Positions 50,268-63,260 of a DNA stretch of 64,000 bases are shown one piece after another; the stretch's first letter is position 1; every line of letters starts with the position of its first letter. Made by a program: the position numbers and the translations under genes. The notes beneath the pieces were generated by a model, which worked only from the letters and a program-made list of their open reading frames with translations, had not been told where the DNA came from and searched no databases. Source of the stretch: Gnetum montanum (Eukaryota > Plantae > Gnetophyta); the NCBI GenBank assembly GCA_015680685.1, contig MNCI01003070.1, positions 245,930 to 309,929 on the forward strand, given 5' to 3'.

Positions 50268-53230
50268 TCATAAGTTAGTATATTTTTCCCTCTAAGTGCC
50301 CATAGTGTGGATTAAGAAAATTATATAAATTTTTATTCAAGTCCACTATGTACCTAGACACATATGCATGACAATAATAAAACTAAAATTTGTTTCCTTG
50401 ATTGCAACATTTAGACTAGCGCTTTGATTTATTTTCTTGCATTTTTCTCTTAGGGTTTATTTACTTTTCAATGTTATTAGTTAAATATTTTATCATCATG
50501 CATATTAAGTATGCACACATGAGCATGATGACTTTAAGCATACATACGAGCACTTGGTAACCTCAACAAGGAACACTTTGTACACCTAGCAATGAACACT
50601 TAGTAATCTAGTAACATTAGTATATGTTCAAGATGTGTATGAAATGTAGGAAATGGATTCTCTATGCTAGGCCAGTTTAGATTATTTTCATGCACTTAGA
50701 TTAATTAGTTTATTCTTTTAATATTTTAATTAATAATAGAAACCATCATACGTCTTAATCACACTTAACTATATGAATTGAGCTAACACAACTTATGATT
50801 GGGAAGAAAATGATCAATGATCCCAAACTTATGTATCCAAGACATGCTACTATCCATGCCCATGGAATTCAACTAGATTACATGTGAACTCTTATGATCT
50901 ATATGTTTGGGTATAGGGTCTACTCTATCGCTCATCATTAGCACTGTTGTGGGGAACTTGTGCAAGTGTTTTAGATAGCTAAAATTACACAAGGATCATT
51001 GTAGATCCACAACAATGTATCATATGAAAATAATAATATTTTATTCAAGGCAAACTTCAACAACTAAATAGATGTCTTCTTCTTGTAGGGTTGATTCCCC
51101 ACTTGTGGATGACTTCACAAGATCACGTGATAGGATAAGAAAGAATATATATGATCTACATAAGATCACGTAAGATCACAAGATCAAAGTTCTCTACATA
51201 CATCTAGATCCCTGTTATTTAGAGTTCACCTTCATTTTCATGAATATGAATAGTTTTAATGAAGAGACCTAGACAACAACATAGTGTTTCAACTTGATCA
51301 TGCAATGCATCAATATTCATGTCATCTCTAATGAGGTTAGGGCTTGAAGTAGTAGCCTCGAATTGCAAGGTGGCCAATCATATCTCCATGGACTATCAAT
51401 CAATAGAGGCCCAACTCCAAAAAGATAAATTCATGAAGGCTTACAATGAAGCTTCCAAAGGAAATGGAGCCACCAATCCAACTAACATTACAATAAGACA
51501 AGAAGAATACTAATTACCCAGCATGTAGATCTCAATGTCAAGGTCCTCCTCCCTTTAGTGGAGATGAAGAAATCCATTAATGGTTATGTTTACCCTTGAT
51601 AAGCTAACAAGGTATGGGAAGAGCTGGACCCAGAACCAAGGGGTCTTCAAGGCTAGGGTCTCCCAACCCACAATCAAGAGAACAAAGGAACTAAAGAAGG
51701 AAAACATGTTGACATAACTCTTCTAGCTCTCCATTCTCATTCTCATATTCATCATTAGGTTCTAACAAGGGTGAGCACAACTGTGACTGAAGGAGAAATG
51801 ATCATAGATAAGAAGAAGATAATAGAAGACACCATCATAGAGATGGGAAGAGAGAATGTACATAAGAGTAAGAAGAAGGTGGACATCATCAAGAAAGAAG
51901 GCATAGCAGGAAACACGATAGAATGCATGGTCATGACAAAGGCCATGAAGGATATGATGCATATATTGAATGGTTACCTTCTATAATAAGTATGATCAAC
52001 ATTTAGAAGGAAATTTATATTTCCACCTCACATTAAAGGGATAGTCAAATTAAAAAACTAGATATGAACAATATTCCTAAGTTCGAAGAAGGCTACAATG
52101 CTAATCCTCAACATCACTTATAAGCCTTCCATGATGTGTGTGTCTTCAAAAATATCTAAAATAATTGGAAAAACCTAAAGCTCTTCTTCATGATACTCAT
52201 CAAAGAATCTAAAAATTGATACTAGTCCTTGGAACCTAAATCCATTAGGATATGGAGTACGATGCTTAAGTTGTTCAATGACAAATACCAAACATATTTC
52301 TAAGTATTAAATTTGAGGAATAAGATTCAAGGAAAAAGATAAAAAAATCATAAATCCCTTGATGCAGCCTAGATAGGTACTATTCTTTACTTCATAAATG
52401 CCTAGGCCATGACCTCTCTTAAAGGAAGTAGCTGCATTGTGTTATAGATGGTTTTCAAAATAAAACTAGGGAAACTTTTAAGGTCTACAAGAAAGGTTAT
52501 CAAAGATGAAAGTCCATCATATCCAAAGGTTTATTGATCAAGTAGAAAAGGATGAAGGGATGACGAAGAAGGGAGAGGGTACAAAGAAGTACAACAGAGA
52601 AGGAGGACCATTTTGTAAACCAAATGGAGCACCACTAGAGGAGGTAGCTTAGAGAAAGACCTTCCTAATCTAAATATATATTATTGAAATATTATCTAAG
52701 GTTGACAAGATGTGCAACTCCATTAATGAGAAGTTTTAGATTACATCCAAGATCATAGAGGAAAATTTGAAATTGCCAAGAGTCAAAGACAAAGATAAGA
52801 GGAAAAAAAAACACATGAAAGAACTACTATCATTAAAAGAAAAAATTTGTCATAGTTGAAGAGGTTGTAGAATCATAATTGAATGATGATTAATGTAATA
52901 TTTTTTAGTACAAACATCCACAATGTTGTTGCCTAATAGTTTCACACTTATAACAGTTTGGGGTTTATGCTTTGAACTTGAGGTTTGTAAAAAAGTTAGC
53001 ACCTAGAAGGTTACCTTGTCTTTGAGCAAACAATAAGCAATCATTCCATCAATAGCACTACTGCCCAAGTGGGATGTAACCTCCACTTCAAGAATATTAC
53101 TAGCAATGGCATAATCTACAACCATGGGGGATGCTACCACCAAGCAAAAAGACACCTAGTGGTTGATATCGAACTATGACTCTAATTCAATGATTGTACA
53201 TGGAATCCAAAAAAATTTTGCAAGTACCTA
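50268..53230 (+). mobile_element. Element E: truncated Athila-like element (partial 5' LTR 50268-50937, PBS, decayed gag)
   Basis: LTR ends ...CTCATCA at 50937, then TTAGCACTGTTGTGGGGA (degenerate tRNA-Asp PBS TGGCGCCGTTGCCGGGGA); gag LKLFFMILIKESKN..SIRIWSTMLKLFNDKYQ near 52170-52290. Confidence 0.75.
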
Positions 53231-56200
53231 TGATGAGTGACAAGTAGACCCTACATCCAACCATATGAATCACTAAGTGTTCATGTGTAATCCTATCAAA
53301 TTCCAACACTTATAACCTTCTATGTACACTAGTCTCTTAGAAGTGAAATTAACTGTTGTAATCATTTTCTTCCCAATTACACTTGTGAAATGCAAAGGCA
53401 TGGTTAAGTGCAACTGAGGCATCTGATTTTTACCATTTTTATGTTTTTCATTTTAAGTTGCCTAGGGGAAGGAATAATGTATAAAATAAAATAATTAAAT
53501 TGCTAATTTAATCTAACTAGCTACACGTAACTAATCCTAACATAAGCATCCATCTAACTTGCCATACACATCCTAAACATAGTTAACACTACTAGGTTAC
53601 CAAACGTTAAGCACTATTAGGATTATGAAGTGCCAAGTGTATGCTCAAAGTGGTCGTACTTATGTGCTTAATTAATTGCTATTTAATCTAGCTTAATTTA
53701 GCTTAATTACTTAAAGCATTAAAGGAAATTGCATAAAACATTAAATGCATAAATAAAGAATTAATCTATTTCAAAGTGCTACAAGGTTTATTAGAAAGCT
53801 CATCTTTATTACTGCACACACTACTATGGTCAAGTACAACAATGCTCAAATAAAGATTTGTACACTCTTTGACTCCTATTGTAAGCACTTAGAAAAATAT
53901 TATAACTTTCAAATAACAAAACTACAAGAGCTCTGCTACAACTATGACAAAAGATGTCATAAACATGGTAGGTGAGCACATATATAGGTGAAAATAGATA
54001 CGACATCAATGAGGCCACATCAAATTTCATGTTGATGCAGCTGCATCGATGAGGCCTTATCAATGTAAGCCTTAATGTGACTCATCATACCCTCATGACT
54101 GAATGAAAACTCATCCTCGAGTGAACAAAATAAGGACAAAGTTTCTTACAAAATATTTGGAAAGGTATGGGATTATTAACACATAAAATAACACACTAAC
54201 AACATGAAAAAAGCTAAGTGCTTGAGTGTATAGAATTACAATCATTACAAAATTTTGATGTTTAGGAGAACAAAATTGAACACCACGACAAAAATCACAA
54301 ATAAAACGCCTCTGATTACACGATGACAAGGAAGAAGTTCAAACGATCCCAAGTAGTTGAGGCTCTAAAAGGCCTTCTCCTGCTTCAAGCACATGCAATG
54401 GTTGAGGCAACTATGGTTGTCTTGTGGCAGTTGCAACTTCTAGCAAAAGATGGAAGGCATCCAATAGTGCCTTGATCTTCTCCTTCTTACTCCTAGGATC
54501 ATTCACAATCCACACTGCATCGTGAATGTGGATTAGTGTGGGAACATCACAAGGACAAGGCATTTCCGAGAATAGATCCTTCACATTGACAAACCAAGCA
54601 ACAAAAAGTTTACATTCAACATTGAATGCCTTTACTACATTTTGTAACTCTTGGTAATCACCCATTCTCCTAGCTAGGTTCTTAGTTGTAGACCATTGAT
54701 CAATGAAGTGCTACTTGAGAACATCGAGTTCTACATTTGCCACCTCAAGCTTTTTCTTAGTGTCTTCATGATGCTTGAACTCAACTTCATACAATAAGTA
54801 TGAACTAGCCACCTATTTCTCTAATTCAAATCAGGGCCATCCAATAGTCAAGATTGTCAGATTTGCATAACAAAGATTGGCAAACTCCATATACTTCATC
54901 ATCTCCTTAATTTGCAACTCCTTCATATAGATCTTTGCCTTGTTGTAGTCATTAAGCCCATCAAAGATAGGCTACTAGACATCACCTCCTTCCTTGCGTT
55001 GCTGGAGGGCCTCATTAACTTTTGCCTTCTTCATTTGAATATGTTTTTCATTGATTTCCTTTTGTAGACCAACTTGATCTCTGTAGTGATTTTTGACTCT
55101 CAAATTTAAGAGCCTCATTTTTTTAGGAGGCTACCTCTATTGTAGATTTTTAACAAAGGGATTAAACTTCCTCCATTGAGAGATTTCTATTTTTGACTAC
55201 CAATCTCCTCAATTTAGTGTTTACTCTAACTAGCTGCTCCTACTATTGATGGATGAAATCTTGCATTTATGACTTTTGCACATCAACATTCCATAGGTGG
55301 TTATTTTCTATGGTCAAAGTGACATTCTCCTAGCAAGTCTGATCCAAGGTATTTTTGATATTGTGCATGGTGACATTGACCAAGGACTGATCAAAGATTA
55401 CCATCTCCTTTGTGTTCTCAACCTTCTTAAGATTTTCTTGAAGTTGTTGAAAAGCTTAATCACGGGTCAGTGCAGGGTTGAGAAACACAAGATTAGTAAG
55501 GTATGCTCTTAATTCAACAACCTCCACAACCAAGCATTTCAAGTTGCCCTTCCATGATAATGCTTTTACCCCTTACTTCTAATAGTTCTGACTAGGTCGT
55601 AGTGATTGTATCTAGAAGGTCAAAGACATCCAAAATCAGTTGCCTAGTTCCCACTAGTCAGTCTAACAACTCTTCATGTTGGTTATGTTCAATCTACTGT
55701 TAACTATTCTTGTAGATTTCTACGCATCTCTGAGTGCTGAAAAGTCTAATACAGATGCATAGGTGCGTTCAATGCCTTGGTAATTATATCAGCAACTACC
55801 TCTACTACTATCTCCTACCCATGGTGCTACATCACCAAGATAGTTATCCCCTCATCCTCCTCTAGATGCACCAAGAAAGTAGTGGCATTCCCAAAGATTT
55901 TTTAGAAATTATTGCTATTGTGAGAGAGAGACCGTTACCTCTCAATCTCTAGGATTTGATCTTGCAGGAAATTGTGCTCTTTAGGCTAATAAGATTGGTC
56001 CACCTCCCTCCATCTGACTAATGGTTTGAGCCACTTCATTGAGGTGACTCATTGTTGAGTGATACATAGATGGATCACCACCACTTGTTCCTATTCACTA
56101 CTCCTGCTCATGCAAGAGCTGTTCTCAGATTTTGTGCATTCATTCAAGGGTAGCATGAGACTTTGGCATGGATTTGTGAGTGGGTGGTGGAGGTGGTGGT

Positions 56201-57440
56201 TACTACTCCTCTTCGTTGGTTGTGGTAGGGATCTTATATTTTATCATTTTTCCTAAGAGGTAAAAGGAGTATGCCAGAGTGTATCATTGGTGTAGCAATT
56301 ATTCCTACCCTTTTGCATAGTTTTCTGATGAGGTAGGGAAAGGGCACAACCTTTCTTCTACATTTGGTTTTCTTAAATCACTTCTCAATCTCAAGATAGA
56401 TTAGTTGTGGAAGGTTCACAAGAAATTTTTCACTTAGAGTAGCACACACATGGGCAAAAAGACAATCACCTTACTAGACCTCACTATTAAATTGAGGTGA
56501 TAGGTTGCTATCTTGAAATATATGAGCTTCGCATGGGTGAGTACACCATACTGCTTGCAATTCACTCCATAACATTGTTAGGTCCACTCCTTTGCCTCTA
56601 GGCCTACTTGTGTAGAGATCTTTACCAAATTTGTTCTAATATCAAGCAACCCAAGGGCCTACGCAATGGCCTCCACCGAGTAGGATACTTGAATGTCCTT
56701 GATCTTCGTGGTGGCTCTTGCTTGCCTACCGTTATAGAAGAGATATGTCTCTCCCATGTACCATTTCCCAAATAGAAGTGATGATTAGCCACATGGGAGA
56801 GTTTTGCAATTGTGTCTTGACTTCTAGTGGAGCATGTTCTAAGAATGATCCAAAGTTCAATTCTTGGAGAACTAAATGTTGGATGTCACGAGGCTTAATC
56901 TGATCAAGGTAGGCTTGAGTCAATGTGACCTCCAGTCTTGGCATCGGTCCTGTAGCCTCATCTTGATGGGATTATTCAATTATGGTTACTTCCTCAGGAA
57001 TTTGTTGGATAGATTCCACTTCGAGCTCCTCTCGAAGAGGTCCCATCGCATGAGTTTCTGCTGCTTGTTCTTGCTACTTCCTTCTAGCTCTAGGTCATTT
57101 GTTCCTTGGTTGAGATGGTTCTCCTTCTTGCATGCATTTTGGTTAAGGTGCCATCTATAATCACAACATAACTAAGGATTAGCACTTATTATGTAACTTT
57201 GAAACATTTGAAATACCTTATCTCTTAGGGTAGCTACACTTGGCTAACTTGTGATCATGGCTGGTTTAATTATTTTAATATTATTTTATAATTATTTGAT
57301 TAAATAGGTTACTAAAGTGTGTTGGAAGGATTTAACTCTCATAGGTTGATGATTTAATATCATTTTATTCTTTGAACCTATGGAGGAGTTGAAAAATTTA
57401 TGAAAATTTTTCTGTAAAAAAACCTAAGGTTTGTGGTTCC
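53231..57440 (-). mobile_element. Element D: 3' part of an Athila-like element (3' LTR 53231-54087 plus extra ORF), 5'-truncated
   Basis: LTR TGATGAG...CTCATCA; 55230-57420 is co-linear with window positions 1-2130. Confidence 0.8.
54380..57154 (-). pseudogene. Element D extra ORF (Athila ORF2/'env-like' position), decayed
   Basis: ATG at 57154 after ...GATTATAG; LQELNFGSFL..IKDIQVSYSVEAIA*ALGL; coiled-coil C-terminal part. Confidence 0.7.
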
Positions 57441-57448
57441 CATGTCGT

Positions 57449-57770
57449 ATGCTCCATGAGAAGTACAGTGCACGTCTACATTGGGGCAAGTCCGTGGGCT
57501 ACTACGTGGATGATCAAGCCCAGAAAGCCACCGTTATTTTAGTGAAGTTCCTGGACGTGCATTGTCGATTTGATTTGGACAAGGTGTTGCTCAATGAGTG
57601 GAGTGAGAAGGTTCTGAGCCTCGAGGGTAAACACGTGCAGGAAATCCATGACGGATGTGCTATGGAGAAGTTGTGCAAGTGCTCCCAGGATTCACACTAT
57701 GATCCTTTTGAAGGATACTTTTGTCACCTTAGCTGCATCTACCCCAATGCCTGAGTCTGTCATAAGGACT
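57449..57770 (+). pseudogene. 3' end of an L-gulonolactone oxidase (GulLO)-like pseudogene
   Basis: KYSARLHWGK...RFDLDKVLLNEWSEKVL...DGCAMEKLCKCSQDSH.DP..GYFC...YPNA*VC matches the plant GulLO C-terminus (PHWGKN...FDP...SEW...DGCALEGLCICSQDSHC...GYFC...ARVC); premature stop; 5' part missing. Confidence 0.82.
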
Positions 57771-58249
57771 AACTACGACACTCGACCATTGAGTTCCACC
57801 GGTGGCCATGGATGTTAGTCATGTTACATTTTTAGTGTTCAGTAATGGATTAATAATCTTATATTGATATAAAGGGATTTATCTTGGACCACCCATAGCA
57901 TTGAGCCCCAAGCAATTCTTTCTTTCTTTAACATAACAATAATAATTATAATATCAATGAAAATAAATTTGCATGTTCCTATAAATTGTTATGCGATACA
58001 TGTCGAGATTGAAAATTTAAAACCGAAGAAAGCTTTATGAGCATGTTAATATAATATATGTGCCTTTCATTGTTAAACTTCTCAAACTTGTGATGTTTAT
58101 GATGGATTGTAGAATTTGTACAATATTATTTTGTAATTTTTCTATATTGAAAATTAGAAATTTTTATTGCATTTCAAAAATCACAAATCATAGACGATTT
58201 GTTGCATGGTTACAAAGCCATAACATATTTTCAAGGAAAGTTGAAAACA

Positions 58250-58520
58250 TCATTGATGTAATGCCCCAAATAAATAAGGTCAATTTGAAAGAAACAAATA
58301 AGCAAATTATAGTCAAGGAAGGGCAAAATAAAAAGATATGTTCTTCATCATCAATGCTTTGCTTTGTTTGCATAGTATTCAAATATGCTCTTCTTTGAAT
58401 ACTATGACCTATCTCAACAAGGAGATGATGAAAGCTCATTCTTACTAAGGCAATGTGATTTCTTAAATGTGAAGGAATAACAAGTGGTATGTTGTTATTT
58501 ACAAGCCATAACATCGACTC
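58250..58520 (-). mobile_element. Decayed LINE ORF2 C-terminal fragment
   Basis: LVIPSHLRNHIALVRMSFHHLLVEIG...DDEEHIFLFCP resembles the 'R.SSH.L.IETGR...EDEEHFLL.CP' zinc-finger end of LINE reverse transcriptases. Confidence 0.55.
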
Positions 58521-58576
58521 CAAGCGGTATGCTATTGTGATTTCCTTTTCGAAGTGGTATATTTGATTGCCTTGCA

Positions 58577-58766
58577 CTCAATAAAAATTTCTAGTTTCCA
58601 TTTATAGTTTTTAATCTATTTAATCTATATGTCAAATATGTAAAATAAAAAAGTGGATGTACAAAGGTGGTCTCAATAAAAATTTCTAGTTTCCATTTAT
58701 AGTTTTTAATCTATTTAATCTATATGTCAAATATGTAAAATAAAAAAGTGGATGTACAAAGGTGGT
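58577..58766. repeat. Perfect 95-bp tandem duplication upstream of the GulLO gene
   Basis: CTCAATAAAAATTTCTAG...GTACAAAGGTGGT at 58577 and again at 58672. Confidence 0.9.
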
Positions 58767-59488
58767 AAGTTGAGAGATGTGCCAACTAACTAAACTTTAG
58801 TATAAAGGCACAAGATTATTTAATTTCTTGTGTCTCATTTCTATTTGTTTTGCAATATCATTTTTCACCTAATAAAACTTTATGATAAAGGTACCAAGAT
58901 GATTATTAGGTTATCCCTTTAATCTTTAAAACTTATTTAGGATTTTCAATTTACTATGATTTTTTAATCTTTATATTAAAGATAAAGTGAATGTACAAAT
59001 ATGGTCCAATGTATACACTAAAACAAAAATAAATTAATGATAATGAAGTGTATCCAGTAATAAAACTCTCGATTTACCAACTCCAAATGATAAATTATAG
59101 CTTCAATTCTAATAAGCAATGTTAGGTTGCCAGACAAAAACGAAGAAAGACAACGTTATTCCAGAGACATAGGTTGTAACAGTACAAAATGGTGTAGACT
59201 TGATAAAATGGTCGAGACGTGACGTATCAACAACTTTTGAGTAACAGGTGCGGTAATATGACACCAGCTTGATGTGCTTGTGCCACCAGCCTGCCGGACT
59301 GCCTATCCCTTTACTCCAACTTCTCAGCGATTACAACAGTTACCAACTCCATTAAATTTTTCACCAATCCTACGTTTTACGTTTTCGTTTTTTTTATTGC
59401 TTTCGTGTAACCATGGCCATATTTTGCGACAACGCTACCACTGGACAATCCGCACATCACTGTCACACTGTGCGGAAGCAAATCAAGC

Positions 59489-60163
59489 ATGACTCGTTAT
59501 CTGAGCGGCTGGGCATGCGCATGGTTCTGCATTGTAACTGCGGCGAAGGCGGTGCAGGCGTGCGACATCGGAGCGCCTCTGGTAACATGCCACAAACAAA
59601 ACGGAGAATGCGAGATCTACAACAATCGCGGAGCGTGGGACGACGGCTCCGCCTGCACCGCCTCTGCCGTGGCCTATCCCAAGAACGAAGCCGAGCTGCT
59701 GGAGGCCGTGGCAGGGGCTGTGCGGAGAAAGCAGAAGATAAGGGTCATAGGTCCGCTTGGTCACAGCTCCTCACCCCTCATGTGTCCGGGCGCTGGGGGC
59801 TTGCTCATATCCACTCGGGATTTGGTGCGGACGCGCTTCGTGGACAAGCGCGCCGAAACCGTGACGGTGGACGCCGGCGTGAACATGCGGCAGCTGCACG
59901 ACGCCGTGGCCGCCGAGGAAATGGCCTTCACGACGTCCCCGTGGTGGGAGGGCGTCTCGGCAGCCGGCGGCATCAGCACCGGTGCCCACGGCAGCGGACT
60001 CCACGGCCTCAGCTCCAACATCCACGACTACGTCGTCGGAGTCCGAATCGTGGTGCCGGCGTCCCCGGCGGAGGGCTACGCCAAAGTCATCAACCTCACG
60101 CGCAACGACCCCGACCTGAAGGCCGCTGCAATGTCACTCGGCGTGCTCGGTGCCATCTCACAG
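59489..60163 (+). CDS. GULLO: L-gulonolactone oxidase / aldonolactone oxidase-like FAD oxidoreductase, exon 1 (rest of gene beyond the window)
   Basis: Signal peptide; C..C..YNNRGAWDD...C; YPKNEAEL; GHSSSPLMCP (FAD-linked His position); PWWEGVSAAGGISTGAHGS; AAAMSLGVLGAISQ|GT donor at the intron position I recall for plant GulLO genes; open frame, GC- and CpG-rich. Confidence 0.88.
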
Positions 60164-60362
60164 GTCAACACTAACCATGCTGCTACTCCATCATTATCAT
60201 TAACCTTGTCCAAACGCTAGTCATGGAATCACCTCGTTATTTAAGAGTTAAATCTTTGTTTATGTTTATTTATAATTTCTCATATTGTCTTTCTTTACTG
60301 CCCGTACCGATTCCTGCCCTTCCCACTTTCACCATCATATCAACTTGATTAACTAGTATAAG

Positions 60363-60549
60363 AATCACACATGGGTTCGATCCCACCTTTCCTATGTGAT
60401 TAGCGCATTAACGGGAAAGTCGCCCCTGTTTTAATCACACATGGGTTCGATCCCACCTTTCCTATATGATTAGCGCATTAACGGGAAAGTCGCCCCTGTT
60501 TAATCACACATGGGTTCGATCCCACCTTTCCTATATGATTAGCGCATTA
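60363..60549 (+). repeat. About 2.7 copies of a 69-70-bp tandem repeat containing a tRNA B-box-like GGGTTCGATCCC
   Basis: Units at 60363, 60433 and 60502; internal inverted repeat AATCACA..ATGGG / CCTATGTGATT. Confidence 0.85.
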
Positions 60550-62465
60550 GACGCGCGTTAAAAGATAGAATTGAGAACGATGGCTGCTTCTATCATAACT
60601 TTTCACTTCTAGAATAACTTTATCTTCCTCTTATCCGAAACTGCTCATTTGCTTAATCCATCCAAATGCTTGCACCTAATTTGCTTACTCCCTTGGCACA
60701 TATCGATTGTCTTTCGTTTTTTTATCATTTTAGATTTATCTAACCTAGTCAGCTTATGAAGAAAGCTGAGTAGGCCAGCTCTTGTCTTAAAAAATCTCTG
60801 CCTCTTTCCGGTCCCGAATGGAAGGTCCTTTCCGGAATCGGAACATTAAGATTGCTTAGTTAGGCCAGTTCTTCTTATCACAAAAATGATTCCTTCTACC
60901 TTATAGATCTCTAATAGCGTGTCTTCTGGAAGTGACGACATTCTTTGGTTATCAGGTTAAAGGATAGGTCTACCCGTAAGGCATCTTGTTAAACAACTTA
61001 AGCCGGGCTGGTTGGTCAAGCCAAAACCTCAGCGGGTCTTACCAGCAGAGAGGCCCTTCTCAGTAAGAAGGTTAGGGTCTATCTCGGTACCGGGGGTTGG
61101 ATGGTGACTAGGCTCATCAAAGTAGATCATATCCCCGTTAGGCATAGGCGTCTTATTCCTCTTGGCATCAGAGTTAGCTGAGGTCAGCTCTTGTTTTCTT
61201 ACTAAATCCATCTAATCTGATAGGACCATTCTCCCGAGCTCTCTCGCTTAGAGTTCACCGTCCTCATCGTTGGCAACTTAGCAAATCCTGAGCATAGCCA
61301 TGCGTGTTGCAGTACAGCAGGTAGCATAAGATGCATAAGTGCCTTGGATATCATGGGTGCTAGAGTCTTATATGAATCCATGACCGGTAATATAGAATTG
61401 GCCGACAAATCTATGCAATCTTATTGGGTTATAGTATGCAATAGTCACGTCTAACCTAGTACACATCTGTGTTCCCTTGTCACGCCGACTAATCTACTAG
61501 TTTTTGGGCTTTAGCCGGCTACCAGAGTCGGGTAGGGAGGTCCCTGTATTCTTGTAAGTCCTTTTCGTGAGTGCTGAGCATCAGAGTTTGTGTATGGAGA
61601 TCATTAGATCCATATGTTTTAGGGCTTAGGGATGTCAACAGAGTTGGCAGTTCAATAAATCCAGTTCCTAAGTTCATTATCGGATGGAAGCTGCATCCTT
61701 TTTACCCTTTTTATAAATGGGATCAAAGAAAAATCTGAATAAATTGGTGTAAGAATCAAATTAAAATTGTCAATATTAGCAAAATAGGGCAATTATATTC
61801 ACCCATGTTGGTAGTTGCATTTTCAAATTTTTCTTTTTATCTAAAAGCTCAGTTAGAGTGAAAAATCAAATATAGAAGTTATTTGGCATTAGAAGTAGTA
61901 ATAAACAATATAGTAAGCTTAACAAAGCAAAAAAAATATTGCACTATTTATTACATTAAATGTTTGATCGAAATGTGAATGGGCTTCAATGTTGCATTGC
62001 ATATATCGTAGATCTTGTGAATAATTGGCATATTACATAGTGATATAGCAATCTTTTATTATAGAAATTTTTCGCACATTCCACTCTAGTACTTCCTCCT
62101 TTCTTTTAATGTGTGTATTATAACATTCTAACATTCATTTTTTGCAAGAAAATTTATTGTTTATATCTCTTTTACGGTGTACATTTAACACCATATGAAA
62201 GAAAACTAAAACACTTTTTATTTTATTACATCTGGAGACCATTAGGATTTATTGGAATAAAAATCTATAAATATGTTATGGATAGAAAACATTTCATCAA
62301 TAAAGCTACCAAGTTTCTTGAAGCTATTTCAATTTTCAAAAGGCTCAATTAAACTATTAGCCATAATTTGCCATTTGTGGTTGTTATGGAAAGGGGATAT
62401 ATGAGGGATTTGTATTGAGATGAGGGAGGTCCCTTCTGAGAGAGTAAAATAACTTAATCTTCTTA

Positions 62466-63260
62466 TGTAGATGCAGAAAACCAAAAACAATAATAGCAAG
62501 CTTTATTGTATTTCTTGGAAATCACAAACATTCAACTCTCAACTCTTGTGTATATGATCGATCCCAGGACAGACTTAAATAGCCACATCTAGAGTTACAA
62601 AATTGGAAACATCTAAAATTAACTAAGATAGATCTTCACAACATGTTTAGAAGTCTTCTCTCATCTTTAGGGAAAATTCTAAAACTATTGGATGGTAGAA
62701 ATGGAAAGTGTAGTTCACAAATAATAAACTGCTAATTCATTGCTATGATTTGCCACTTCATAGCTGTTTTATCATGATAACCATGGTCAACAATCTCCCA
62801 GTTGAATATTTTGATTGAGGATCAATCATATCTCCACACAATCCTTTCTACCTTGCCATTCTATGTTGCTTATGCTTTTGCTAAGCCATACGAGGATATA
62901 CTCCAGTCATACTTGTCCATGTTAATTAGCTTGGTCAAAACATCTACAATATTATCCTTGGTGTTTATCTTTTGCATATCCACACTAACATCTTCTACTA
63001 CATTACAAACAAAGTGAAATTGTACTCCTATGTGTTTTGTCCTTGAATGAAAGGCTGGATTTCTTGCAATATGCAAGATGCTCTGACTATCACAAAATAG
63101 AGGAATCTTCTCTTGTTTGTGTCCAAGCTCCTCCAATAACCTTTGAATCAAAATTGCTTCCTTGCAAGCTTATGTAGCTACCATGAATTCTGCTTCTATT
63201 GTAGATAATGCTACTACTGTTTGCAATCTTAATACCCAGCTTATAGCTCCTCTTGCAAGT
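62466..63260 (-). mobile_element. Ty1/Copia 3' end (RNase H, PPT, 3' LTR ~62466-62792) in the GulLO intron
   Basis: [38 protein letters not shown]; PPT CTGGGAGAT|TGTTG. Confidence 0.88.

Noticed and set aside
59413-60174. 253-aa Arg-rich ORF and minus-strand ORFs overlapping GulLO
   Set aside because: Shadow frames of a GC-rich exon; no motifs
59489-60220. Bacterial contamination or HGT (high GC), or a single-exon 243-aa protein
   Set aside because: Plant GulLO-type N-terminal Cys pattern and signal peptide; homology stops at a GT donor and the tail is intron read-through
60363-60549. tRNA gene or CRISPR array
   Set aside because: Only a B-box/T-arm-like motif; no cloverleaf and no variable spacers
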